Notes: generated from the sequence alone by a model not told the origin. Positions 52,943 through 62,039 are shown, counted from the first letter of the stretch. The stretch is DNA of 64,000 nucleotides from Alphaproteobacteria bacterium (GCA_963665325.3 OZ224045.1:2240001-2304000), one strand, 5' to 3'. Translations and numbers: made by a program.

Positions 52943-53941
52943 CTAGGGGTTCGAGGCGGTAACGGTTTTCGGTAACGTGTCCCTGCGGTCGTTGCCGTTG
53001 AGGGCGGCGAGGCGGTATCCGCCTTCGGATGCGCGCTCGACGCGTCCTTCGCGGACGAGCCTGTGCAGCGCCTCGGCGACGGTTGCGGGCCGGGTTGCCG
53101 CGCGCTCGCGGATCCGGCGCTGGGAGAGCGGCGCGTCGGCGTCGGCGAGGGCCTGCAGGATGCGCCGTTCGGGGGTATCCGGCTCCGGCGCCTGGTCTTC
53201 CGGCGTCTCGCGCAACCGCAGGGCGGGGCGCTCGTCGTCGTCGGCGAGTTCGATCTCGAGGTCTTCGAGGCCAGGGGCGTCGCGATGCTCGACGGTCATG
53301 AGGATCTGGCGGTCTCGCCGGCGCAGGTACAGATTCGAATCGCCCCAGGCGTGAAGTTCGCTGCTGCCGCGCAGCGCCTGCCCGGGCCGGGAGCCGCCGC
53401 TCTTTCGTGCGTGATGGACGAGGAGGACGGCGGTTTCGAAGCGGCGCTGTATGTCGCGCAGGAAGCCCAGCATGGGGGCGACCTCGGCGACGGTATTTTC
53501 GTCGACGCCGTGCAGGCGCACGAGGGGGTCGAGGACGACGAGGCGGGGTGAGACGCGCTCCACCGTCTCGACCAGGCGCTGGCGATCGGCGCGATGGTCG
53601 AGACGCAGCGTGGGCACGTCGATGACGGCGATGTCGAGGGTCTCGAACGCGGTGCCTGCCGCCTTTGCGATGCCCTGGAGGCGTGCGCGCACGATATGGC
53701 CGGCGTCCTCGGCGGCGAACAGCAGCACGGGGCCGCTTGCGGCGGGACGGAAGTGGCGCAGGCAGGGGACGCCGGCGGCGACCGCGACGGCGATGTCGAG
53801 TGCGAGGAAGGATTTGCCGCACTTGGGCTCGCCGCCGACGATGCCGACGCCCTGCTCGGACCACAACGCCTCGACCATCCAGCGGCGCGCCTGGGGGCGC
53901 TCTTCGAGCTCCGCCGGCGCCCGTGTCGGGAAGCCCTTCAC
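52943..53941 (-). CDS. AAA_25 / RepA(RSF1010)-like RecA-fold ATPase with C-terminal HTH
   Basis: GTGA coupling; GGEPKCGKS, FAAED, VVLDPL, LVHHARK, LRGSSELHAWGD; C-terminal winged-HTH-like segment. Confidence 0.85.
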   Translation of the reverse strand: MKGFPTRAPAELEERPQARRWMVEALWSEQGVGIVGGEPKCGKSFLALDIAVAVAAGVPCLRHFRPAASGPVLLFAAEDAGHIVRARLQGIAKAAGTAFETLDIAVIDVPTLRLDHRADRQRLVETVERVSPRLVVLDPLVRLHGVDENTVAEVAPMLGFLRDIQRRFETAVLLVHHARKSGGSRPGQALRGSSELHAWGDSNLYLRRRDRQILMTVEHRDAPGLEDLEIELADDDERPALRLRETPEDQAPEPDTPERRILQALADADAPLSQRRIRERAATRPATVAEALHRLVREGRVERASEGGYRLAALNGNDRRDTLPKTVTASNP

Positions 53942-54771
53942 CGCCGCGCCCTCCTCGGCTTGGCGGGTTCGCCCAGGGTCTCGATGAAGAGCTTCTCGTC
54001 GAGGACCTCGCGCTCCTTCTCGGCGGCGGCGGCGAGCAGGGCGTCGGCCATGACGGTGAGCGCCCGCGGGTTGCCGTCGGCATGGGCGACCAGGGTGTCC
54101 TTGAGGCCCGCGGTCATGAGGCCGGGATTGCCGGCCTGCTCGATCAGATGGTCGAGCAGGGCCGCGAGGTCGCCGGCCTCGGCCTTGGTCATGACCAGGC
54201 GCTGGCGGATGCGCGAGGCGATGGGCTGCAGATCGGGCTGGCGGAGCTTGTCGAGCAGGCGCGTGTCGCCGGCGAGGACGACCGAGAGGATGGCGCGCGA
54301 GTCGAAGTCGGTCGAAGCCAGCAGGCGGATCTCGGAGAACACCGAGGGCAGCAGCTCCTGGGCCTCGTCGACGAGCACGACGGGGCGCATGCGGGTATCG
54401 TCGACATGGGCGAGCCAGCGCTCGCGCAGGCTTTTGAAGCTGGCCCAGCGGTTGTTGTACATCAGGTCGACGCCGAACATCTCGCCGATCTCGCGGTAGA
54501 AGTCGGACAGCCGGGAGGAGGGATGGGTGATGGCGGCGATGCTGAGCCCCTCGCAGCGGCCGAGACGGTCGGCGAGCAGGCGCAACGCCACACTCTTTCC
54601 GGCGCCGGGCTCGCCGGCGATCAAGGCGAAGCCGCCCTGGCGCACCAGGTGGCGCTCGATCCTGAGGCAGAAGCTGTCGACGGCAGGCGTCGCCATGAGA
54701 CTGTCGACCGGCAGGTCGGTGGCGAAGGGGTTCCACTTGAGCCCGTAGAAGGTGAGCAGTTCCCGGTTCAT
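53938..54771 (-). CDS. ExeA-like AAA ATPase (transposition helper)
   Basis: FYGLKWNPF, GEPGAGKS, VVLVDEAQ, VVLAG, GNPR. Confidence 0.88.
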   Translation of the reverse strand: MNRELLTFYGLKWNPFATDLPVDSLMATPAVDSFCLRIERHLVRQGGFALIAGEPGAGKSVALRLLADRLGRCEGLSIAAITHPSSRLSDFYREIGEMFGVDLMYNNRWASFKSLRERWLAHVDDTRMRPVVLVDEAQELLPSVFSEIRLLASTDFDSRAILSVVLAGDTRLLDKLRQPDLQPIASRIRQRLVMTKAEAGDLAALLDHLIEQAGNPGLMTAGLKDTLVAHADGNPRALTVMADALLAAAAEKEREVLDEKLFIETLGEPAKPRRARR

Positions 54772-56243
54772 GGCGCATCTCCCCGATCTTCGTCCTCGCC
54801 CGGACCGGGCGTCTTGTCATGGGGCAGCCAGGCCGGCGGCAGGCCGGTTGCGGCCTGGGCGTCGAGCATGCCCTTGAGCAGCGGCGGAAGTTCCCCCGTC
54901 CCCGCGCCGCCATTGCCATCGTTGCCGCCGGGGCCGGCGGGACGGCGCACGCCATCGGCGTTGCCGCGCTTGTCGAGGGGGTACAGCGTGCACAGGCGCT
55001 CGCCGCCTCGACCGTCGATCAGATCGACGCTGGCGAGGTTCCAGCGCGCGTAACGGATCCAGGCCTCGCGCAGGTGGCGCCACGGCTGTGGCACCTGGTA
55101 GCGGATGCCCTCGACCGAGACGGTGCCGTCCGAGCGCCTGAGCGTGCGCTTCCTGGTGATGCGGAAGGCCGCCTTGAGCTCGGCCGAGCCGGGGCAGGAT
55201 CTCGACGCGTCGACGCTCCCGGCCAGGCGTTGATGCGGCGTCATGCCGAGCTCGCGGTGCTTGCGGCGGTGATAGTCCTGCTCCAGCCAGGCGATGGTGG
55301 CGTCGTTGAGCATCTTCAAGGTAAGCGCGTCGACGCCTTCGAGCTGAGCCATCAGGCGCGATTCGACCGTGCCCCAGAACGACTCGATCTTGCCGTTCTG
55401 ATGGGGGCTGTAAGCGAGCGTCGTGACCCCCGCGATGCCGAGCCGGTGCAACCCCTCCTCGACCTCGCCCGCGGTCATCGCCGCGCCGTTGTCGGTCAGC
55501 AGGGACCTCGGCAGACCGCGCTTCATGAAGGCCTGGCAAAGGCCGTGGACGAACACCTCGGCGGTCTCGGCGAGGTACCACTGAAGGTGGCAGCCGAGGC
55601 GCGAGTGGTCGTCGAGGAAGCCGAGCAGGATCGGCGTCTTCCACTCGCCCGAGGCGGTCAGCACGCGACGCTTGGCGCTGTGCATGTCGGCGTGCCACAG
55701 GGCGTGAGAGCGCGAGACCTCGTAGCTCAATACCTCGCGGGCTTCGACCGCCGGCCTGGCCTCGCTCTCATGCCACTTGCGCCGGCGCTTGCGTACCAGC
55801 CCGCGAGCCCGCATCGCCCGGGTCAGCGTCGCGTAGGACGGTATCGGGCCGAGCTCGGGATCGGCCTCGACCCGCGCGGCCAGATTCTCGTGATGAAGCT
55901 GCGCCGACCACGACGGATGCGCCCGGTACTGCTCGTGCAGCGCCTCGATCAGCGTCGGCGACATCGCGCGCGGGCGCCCGGCATCGGCGCGCGGGCGCCG
56001 CTTGAGCGCCCCCACCGGATCGTTGTCCGCCGCCCGCGCCTGGTAGTACCAGCGCTCGATCGTGGACACCGCGAAGCGCACCCGGCCCTTGCCGGACGGG
56101 TGATCCCACTCGCGTTCGGCAAGCCGCTCAAGCTCGGCGTGCAGCCGCCCCGCCGGCGGCGGCGAGGCCAGAAGCGGCCCGACCACCGCGAAGCGCAACC
56201 GCGCCCACCGGTCGCGACGCTCGCTCCCGTCGTTGCTGTTCAT
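54768..56243 (-). CDS. DDE transposase/integrase (rve core, Mu-type C-terminus)
   Basis: WHADMH / LLTDNG / GKIESFW catalytic D-D-E; HTH STIERWYY; RSDGTVSVEGIRY. Confidence 0.9.
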   Translation of the reverse strand: MNSNDGSERRDRWARLRFAVVGPLLASPPPAGRLHAELERLAEREWDHPSGKGRVRFAVSTIERWYYQARAADNDPVGALKRRPRADAGRPRAMSPTLIEALHEQYRAHPSWSAQLHHENLAARVEADPELGPIPSYATLTRAMRARGLVRKRRRKWHESEARPAVEAREVLSYEVSRSHALWHADMHSAKRRVLTASGEWKTPILLGFLDDHSRLGCHLQWYLAETAEVFVHGLCQAFMKRGLPRSLLTDNGAAMTAGEVEEGLHRLGIAGVTTLAYSPHQNGKIESFWGTVESRLMAQLEGVDALTLKMLNDATIAWLEQDYHRRKHRELGMTPHQRLAGSVDASRSCPGSAELKAAFRITRKRTLRRSDGTVSVEGIRYQVPQPWRHLREAWIRYARWNLASVDLIDGRGGERLCTLYPLDKRGNADGVRRPAGPGGNDGNGGAGTGELPPLLKGMLDAQAATGLPPAWLPHDKTPGPGEDEDRGDAP

Positions 56244-56291
56244 TCCGGCATCCCCCTCGCTGCTTCGTGGAGGTGCCGATGATGCGGTGCC

Positions 56292-56906
56292 CTATCCGTG
56301 CATCATAGAAACGCTTTCTGCGGGCGAAGCCGGACCTGCGCCGAGCGCGCAAAAGCCGGTCCACGGCATCAGCCAGACCAGGCTCCGCAGCAGCCGCGAG
56401 CGGAAGCCACGGCCCCGCATGATGCGCAGCAGCCGGCGCAGCGGCGCCTCTTCGGGCGGCGCCGCCAGCTCGCCCCGTCTCGCCTGCCACTCCCGGGTCA
56501 GCGGGAAGGCTTCCAGCCACCAGCGCCGCCAGCGCTTCAGCGTCGAGGCCGGAACCCCGCACCGCCGCGCGATCGTCTGCAACCGCGCGCCGCCGGCCAC
56601 AGCCAGCGCACTCACCACAAGGAACAGCGCCCCGACGTAAAAGCGCCTGCCGAAGAAACGCACCGACGGCGGCTTCACGCGGCGTCGGCACACCGAACAG
56701 CACAGGCTGAAGCGCCGAACGTCGTTCCGAAGATTCGCCGCCAGACCGTGCGGCTTGCGCGGGTAGCTCGCGCTGTGAAGCGCGCCGCCGCAGCGCGGGC
56801 AACCCGCCGCCCGGCACGCCTCCGCCTCGGCCGCGTCGACCTGCTTCAGAAAATCCCAAACCCGGGCGTTGGAGAGATTGGAGTGCCGGAACAGCTTGTG
56901 CGACAT
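56292..56906 (-). CDS. Zn-ribbon + HTH accessory transposon protein
   Basis: CPRC...YPRKP...CCSVCRRR..PPSVRF; GVPASTLKRWRRWW. Confidence 0.75.
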   Translation of the reverse strand: MSHKLFRHSNLSNARVWDFLKQVDAAEAEACRAAGCPRCGGALHSASYPRKPHGLAANLRNDVRRFSLCCSVCRRRVKPPSVRFFGRRFYVGALFLVVSALAVAGGARLQTIARRCGVPASTLKRWRRWWLEAFPLTREWQARRGELAAPPEEAPLRRLLRIMRGRGFRSRLLRSLVWLMPWTGFCALGAGPASPAESVSMMHG

Positions 56907-57055
56907 TGGGGCCGTCTCAGGTTGATGTCACTGTCACCGAGACAAGCCCTCCGGCGGCCTTCTTGCAAGATCGCCGGGGGGCACCCAATCCAAAACCTCG
57001 ATTAATCCGAGCCGATCAGCCCCTGATCGCCGCTGAAAGCCTGCGCCCGCTCACC

Positions 57056-57904
57056 ATGTCGCTTTCGCAGGGCGGCGGATGGCAGACGGCGGACATCGCC
57101 ATGCAGCTTGCGGCTGCGGGCGGGCGCGCCGAGTTGCTGCGTCCCGGGGCCGATGGCGGGCTTGCGCTGGCGCTGAAGACGGATGCGTTCTTCGTGCGGA
57201 GCGAGTCGGCGCGGGTATCGACGCCCGGCGTCGGCAATCTCGGGGCTGCGACGGGCGATGCAAGCCGCGTGCGGGCCGTATTGGAAGGATCGCGGGCGTT
57301 CGCGCTGGCTGGCGGCGGGGCGCTGGCGCCGTCGCTGTCGCTCGGGCTGCGCCATGACGGCGGCGATGCGGAGACGGGTTCGGGCGTGGAGGTCGGCGCC
57401 GGGCTCACATGGTCCGCGCCGGCAGCCGGGCTGACCTCGGAGCTGCGCCTCTACGGCCTGGCGGCGCATGAGGCGGGCGGCTACGACGAATGGGGGGCGA
57501 GCGGTTCGCTGCGGATGGTTCCGGGTCCGTCAGGCCGCGGGCTGTCGCTGTCGATGACGCCGTCATGGGGCGCCCGGGACCAGGCCGGGCGGCTGTGGGA
57601 TGCGGCGCCCGGCGGGTTGGCCGGGGACGGCGACAGGGAGCAGCCGGGCGTGCGCCTCGACACGGAACTCGGCTATGGCCTCTCCCTGTCGGACGGCCTG
57701 ACCGGCACGCCCTATGCGGGCTTCGGGTTCGGCGAGGCCGGCGCCCGGGACTACCGCCTCGGCTGGCGGCTCTCATCGGACCGGTTGCAATCGTTCTCTC
57801 TGGGCATCGAGGCGACCCGCCGCGAGGCCGCAAACGCTAACGGATCGGGGGAGGGCGGCAAGCCGGAGCACAGCGTGACGCTGCGCGGCGCGGTGCGCTG
57901 GTAG
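57056..57904 (+). pseudogene. 3' part (beta-barrel) of the adhesin split by the transposon
   Basis: In frame with 47650-50595; LALKTDAFFVR, GLRHDGGDAETG, ELGYG, terminal LRGAVRW. Confidence 0.85.
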
Positions 57905-57924
57905 GGCCATCCGGGGCGTGAACG

Positions 57925-58447
57925 CGCGCGGGGTCTTCTGATGCATGAGGACGGGGAGTTCGACGACCGCGGGTTTGCGGGCCAGCTCGCCTGGGACCCG
58001 GAGCCTTCGTCCGACCGGGGTCCGTCGCTGACGCTGAGCCAGACGGTGGGCTCGTCTGCGACGGGCGGTGCGGACGCGCTGCTGCGCCCCGATACCGCGC
58101 GCCTGTTCGAGGCGGCGAACCCCGGATCGGGGTCCGGGGCAGGCTCCGGGGACGAGCTTGACCGGCGGCGTTTCGAGGCGCGGCTCGGCTATGGCTGGGC
58201 ATCCTTCGGCGGTCGCTACACGACGGTGCCGGCGATCGGGGTCGGGCTGACGGAGGCGGTGCGGGAGTATATCCACTCCTGGCGTCTGGCGGAGACCGGG
58301 AGCGCGGGTCTGGTGCTCGGGCTCGGCTGGCGGCTCGAGGGCGCGCAGGCGGTTGCGTTCGAGACCCGTCTCGAGGCCTCACGCCACGATGCCGCCAACG
58401 ACAATGCCGAACACCGCATCGGCCTCACCCTGACCGCGCGATGGTGA
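57925..58447 (+). pseudogene. Orphan adhesin beta-barrel C-terminal fragment
   Basis: ARGLLMHEDG..RGFAGQLAWDP..SDRGPSLTLSQ...EHRIGLTLTARW; no N-terminal part. Confidence 0.8.
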
Positions 58448-58855
58448 CCGGCCGGCGGCGGCCATAGCGGTTGTCGCGGGCGGCGCGGACCGCTGGGGGG
58501 AACGCCGGAACGAAGCGCCCGTCCGCCCGTGCAAACGCGCTCCGGGCGTCAAAAAGTCTCGCTGTTTGCCCGGTTTCCGACAAATTAATTTTCATTTCCC
58601 TCCCGTCTGGGAGGCGCGGCGACATTCGGAAACGGCATAGATTCCGCCCCTGTCGAGTGAGCGGCATCCGCCACTACCGGGGGGCCGGGGGGCGTATGAG
58701 GGGTTCAGGACGCTTTGCGTTTTTCGAATCCAGGCCAGAACGGAAACCGGGAGCCTGCCGCTCCGTAACCCGGCGTCCCGCGTGCGCTGCCGGTGGAGGG
58801 TCCGGGCGTTGGCGGCGCTGGTCCTGGCGGCCGGGCCGTCGATGTCGTTGTCGCC
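58348..58855 (+). repeat. Junction unit copy 2, including a decayed adhesin start (ATG 58696)
   Basis: Palindrome 58599-58614, TAGATT 58638; MRGSGRFAFFESRPERKPG parallels MRDPGRFVFFDSTPERKPG at 62279, then frameshifts. Confidence 0.85.
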
Positions 58856-58947
58856 CGCATCGGGCATTCAGCTCGCACTGTCCACGAGCACCGGAAAGCT
58901 TCCGGGTGCACGGAAAAGACCCGGAAGTTCGATGGGCGTTAACACCG

Positions 58948-59650
58948 GTTATCGCCCGTCGCCTCAAGAAGTCGGCGATGGGCATTCCTCGGCTCGGACG
59001 ATGGGCCGCCGTGGTGCTGATCGGTCCGCGACAGGTCGGCAAGACCACACTCGTGGCGGAGCTCGCGCGATCGCGTGACGCATCCTGTCTCGACCTCGAA
59101 GATCGCACCCGGCTGGCCGAACCCGCCCTCTTCCTCGACAGCGTGGAAGATCGGCTCGTCATCCTCGAGGAGATTCACCGCATTCCGGAACTCTTCCAGG
59201 CCTTGCGCGGAGTCGTCGACAGAGGCCGTCGCCGTGGGAAAGGCAAGGGCCGGTTTCTCATCCTGGGGTCGGCATCGGTCGACTTGTTGCGGCAATCCGG
59301 CGAAACCCTTGCCGGGCGCATCGCATATATCGACATGGCGCCTCCTTCCGCTCTCGAAGTAGACGATACTCGCGCAACGCGCGAGCGGCTGTGGCTACGC
59401 GGCGGCTTTCCGGACAGCTATCTCGTCGAGAGCGATCGCGACAGCCTGATGCTGCGCCAGGATTTCATTCGCACCTATCTGGAACGTAACGTCGCGGTTC
59501 CCGGTCCGCGCATTCCCGTCACGACCGCGGAACGATTGTGGAACGATTGCGGACGATGCTCGCGCATCGCCAGGGAACCACGCTCAACGCATCCGAGCTC
59601 GCCAGAGGCCTGAAAGTGAGCACACGGTCGGTGATGCGGCGCTTACTTTT
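58948..59650 (+). pseudogene. AAA_14 / DUF4143-type ATPase remnant
   Basis: IGPRQVGKTTL, FLILGSAS, LAGRI, LRGGFP, RTYLER; 11-bp tandem duplication at 59529-59550 frameshifts it; C-terminus missing. Confidence 0.8.
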
Positions 59651-59700
59651 CGACTGCACATACAACCTCTCCGATCCACCCTGGAACCGAAAGGACCGCC

Positions 59701-61092
59701 ATGGGCCACACCAGACGGCAGTTTCTTGCTGCCGCCGCTGCTGCGGCGTCCACCCTAACCATGGCCGGCTGCGCCGGCCCGCACGTAGCTTCCCAGGGAC
59801 ATCGCTCGTCCTATGCAAGTCAAATCATAGAGCCACAGAACCGGAACACCGTGTTCCTCTGGGTCGATGCGGTCCTTCAGCAGGTGCGGGACCAGAGGGT
59901 TACGCCGCCGCGGGCCGCCTACAATTTCGGCCTCCCGATGGCGGCCGGTTTCCTTGCTGCGAATGGGGTCGTCCGAGCCTATGACGAGCCTTTCGGGATC
60001 GGCTCCGGCCCGCGCGGCGCAGACCCGGAGGTTGCCTATGGCATCGCCTTTGCAGTAGGCGCGGCGGAAGCATTCCAGCAACCCTTCCTGTTCGAGCGCA
60101 TGGCCTTCCTGAACCGCTTCCCCGACAGCGAGGCAAAGTCGCTCGGCGTCGAATGGGGCCGCAAGGTCGGCCACCGGGTGCTCGACCTGCGCACGGACGA
60201 CGGTTCGGAACCCAGCGAGGCCTTGTACTATCTCGGACGCTACAAGAGGCGAAGCGATGCGCTGCGGTGGCGCCCGACCGGCCCGTTTTACGGCGCAGCG
60301 CCTGGCCCGGCATTTGCCAGTTTCGACCGCGGCCTCTATCCGGGGCACGGCCGGATAAAGCCGTGGACGATGACGAGCGGCTCGCAGTTCAGGACGGCCG
60401 GGTTTTACGATCCGGCGAGCCCCGAGTTCGCCGAAGAGTTCGACACCATCCGCCGACTCGGAGGGATGGACAGCGAAATCAGGAGCGAAGAGCAGGCGGA
60501 GATCGCGCTCTTCTGGGAAGACGGACCCTGGGGCGTCACCCCGCCGGGCCACATGGTTTATATCGCGATGCAGATCCTGCAGGGCCGGGGGTTCTCCTTC
60601 ATCGAGCTTGCGCGTGCCTTCGCGCTGATCGGCATGACGCAGTGCGACGCCTCCATTTCCGCCTGGGACAGCAAATACCATTACGACATCGTCCGTCCGG
60701 AAAGCGCGATTCGCGTGCGCGCGCCGGCATTCGGCAATCCGGACCCGCGCGTGGTCCGGCAGGCAGGCTGGCAAAGCTATATCCCCACACCGGAATTTCC
60801 GGCCTATCCGGCGGGACATTCCACCTTCGGCGCCGTCGCCGCGGAGCTGCTGGCGCTGTTCGTCGGAAGCGACCATGTCGCATTTTCAGGGCGGGCTCCG
60901 GACGAGGTGCTCTGGCCACAACTGCGTGGCGTTACACGGAGCTGGACGAGTCTCAGCCACATGGCCGAAGAAAACGGCATGAGCCGGCTCTATGGCGGCG
61001 TGCACTGGGAACTCGACCATAGGGCCGGGATGAAGGCCGGCCAGGCGATCGCGCGGCAGGCCTTCTATTCCACCTTTCCAGCAAAGGCGTAA
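59701..61092 (+). CDS. Vanadium-dependent haloperoxidase / PAP2 superfamily protein, Tat-exported lipoprotein
   Basis: TRRQFL...MAGC signal; KYHYDIVRP, PAYPAGHS, SRLYGGVH active-site motifs. Confidence 0.85.
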   Translation: MGHTRRQFLAAAAAAASTLTMAGCAGPHVASQGHRSSYASQIIEPQNRNTVFLWVDAVLQQVRDQRVTPPRAAYNFGLPMAAGFLAANGVVRAYDEPFGIGSGPRGADPEVAYGIAFAVGAAEAFQQPFLFERMAFLNRFPDSEAKSLGVEWGRKVGHRVLDLRTDDGSEPSEALYYLGRYKRRSDALRWRPTGPFYGAAPGPAFASFDRGLYPGHGRIKPWTMTSGSQFRTAGFYDPASPEFAEEFDTIRRLGGMDSEIRSEEQAEIALFWEDGPWGVTPPGHMVYIAMQILQGRGFSFIELARAFALIGMTQCDASISAWDSKYHYDIVRPESAIRVRAPAFGNPDPRVVRQAGWQSYIPTPEFPAYPAGHSTFGAVAAELLALFVGSDHVAFSGRAPDEVLWPQLRGVTRSWTSLSHMAEENGMSRLYGGVHWELDHRAGMKAGQAIARQAFYSTFPAKA

Positions 61093-61136
61093 AGCCGTGG
61101 CAGCAAAGCGGATTCGGCGGGCGCTGCTTCCCGCCG

Positions 61137-62039
61137 CGATCGTCGCTGCTGGCGGCGGCGCCTGCGGAGGGCGGGCTGGAGCTTTCGACGGTGTCGGACA
61201 TGCTGCTGGTGCGCACGACGTCGGAGGAGATCCGCGACAACGAGAACAAGCAGAGCCTTGCATCCTCGGATGCGGAGGTGACGCGGGTGAGGGTCGGTCT
61301 CGAGGGCGCGTGGCGGGGTCTCGGGTCGCTCGAGCCCTCCTTCGGGATCGGGATGCGCCATGACGGGGGCGATGCGGAGACGGGTCTGGGCGCGGACATC
61401 GGGGCTGGCCTTGCGTGGACGGACCCGGGCCTGGGGATCGAGGCGGAGTTCAGGGCGCGGGGTCTTCTGACGCATGAGGCGAGCGGGTTCCGTGAGCGGG
61501 GGTTTGCGGGCTCGCTGGCCTGGGACCCGGAGCCATCGTCCGACCGGGGCCCGCGGTTCACGTTGAGCCAGACGGTGGGCGGGCCCGCTGCGGGCGGGGT
61601 GGAGGCGCTGCTGCGGCCGGAGACGGCGCGGGTGCTGGAGGCGGCGAACGACCCCGGATCGGGGTCCGGGGCAGGCAACAGCGGGCAGAGCCGGCTCGAG
61701 GCGAGGTTCGGTTACGGCTGGCGTTCGTTCGGCGGGCGCTATGTGACGGTGCCGGAGGTGGGGCTCGGCGTCTCGGAGACGGCGCGCGAATATATCCATG
61801 GCTGGCGCCTGGTGGAGGCGAAGCGCGGGGGGCTTGCGTTCGGGCTGGATGTGGAGGCGGCGCGGCGCGAACAGATGGCGGGCAATGCGGCGCCGGAGCA
61901 CCGGCTCGGGTTCGGGCTCGGCTGGCGGCGCGAGGACGCCACATTCGAGTTCCGTCTGGAAGGCTCGCGTCTGCAGCCGGTCAACGGCAACCGCGCGCCC
62001 GAACACCGCATCGGCCTCACCCTGACCGCGCGATGGTGA
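61137..62039 (+). pseudogene. Orphan adhesin beta-barrel C-terminal fragment
   Basis: GGLELSTVSDMLLVRTTSE, VTRVRVGLEG, GMRHDGGDAETG, EHRIGLTLTARW; no signal peptide or passenger. Confidence 0.8.

Larger units (their letters stand above)
50596..57053 (-). mobile_element. Four-gene DDE transposon (Zn-ribbon/HTH, Mu/rve transposase, ExeA-like ATPase, AAA_25 helicase) with nested IS1634
   Basis: Ends TGAG...CTCA; CCATG duplicated at 50591-50595 and 57054-57058; removal restores the adhesin frame GSGSM|SLSQGG. Confidence 0.88.

Noticed and set aside
50867-52948. 18-bp terminal IR for IS1634
   Set aside because: The outer 6 bp are better explained by the palindromic target CCCTAGGG plus a CTAG duplication.
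51040-56282. Long + strand ORFs opposite the transposase genes
   Set aside because: Antisense shadows with no recognisable motifs.
50596-57053. CAST/Tn7 or type II secretion ExeA
   Set aside because: No TniQ, TnsA, Cas or CRISPR; the ExeA-like gene is coupled to a transposase inside TSD-bounded DNA with no T2SS genes.
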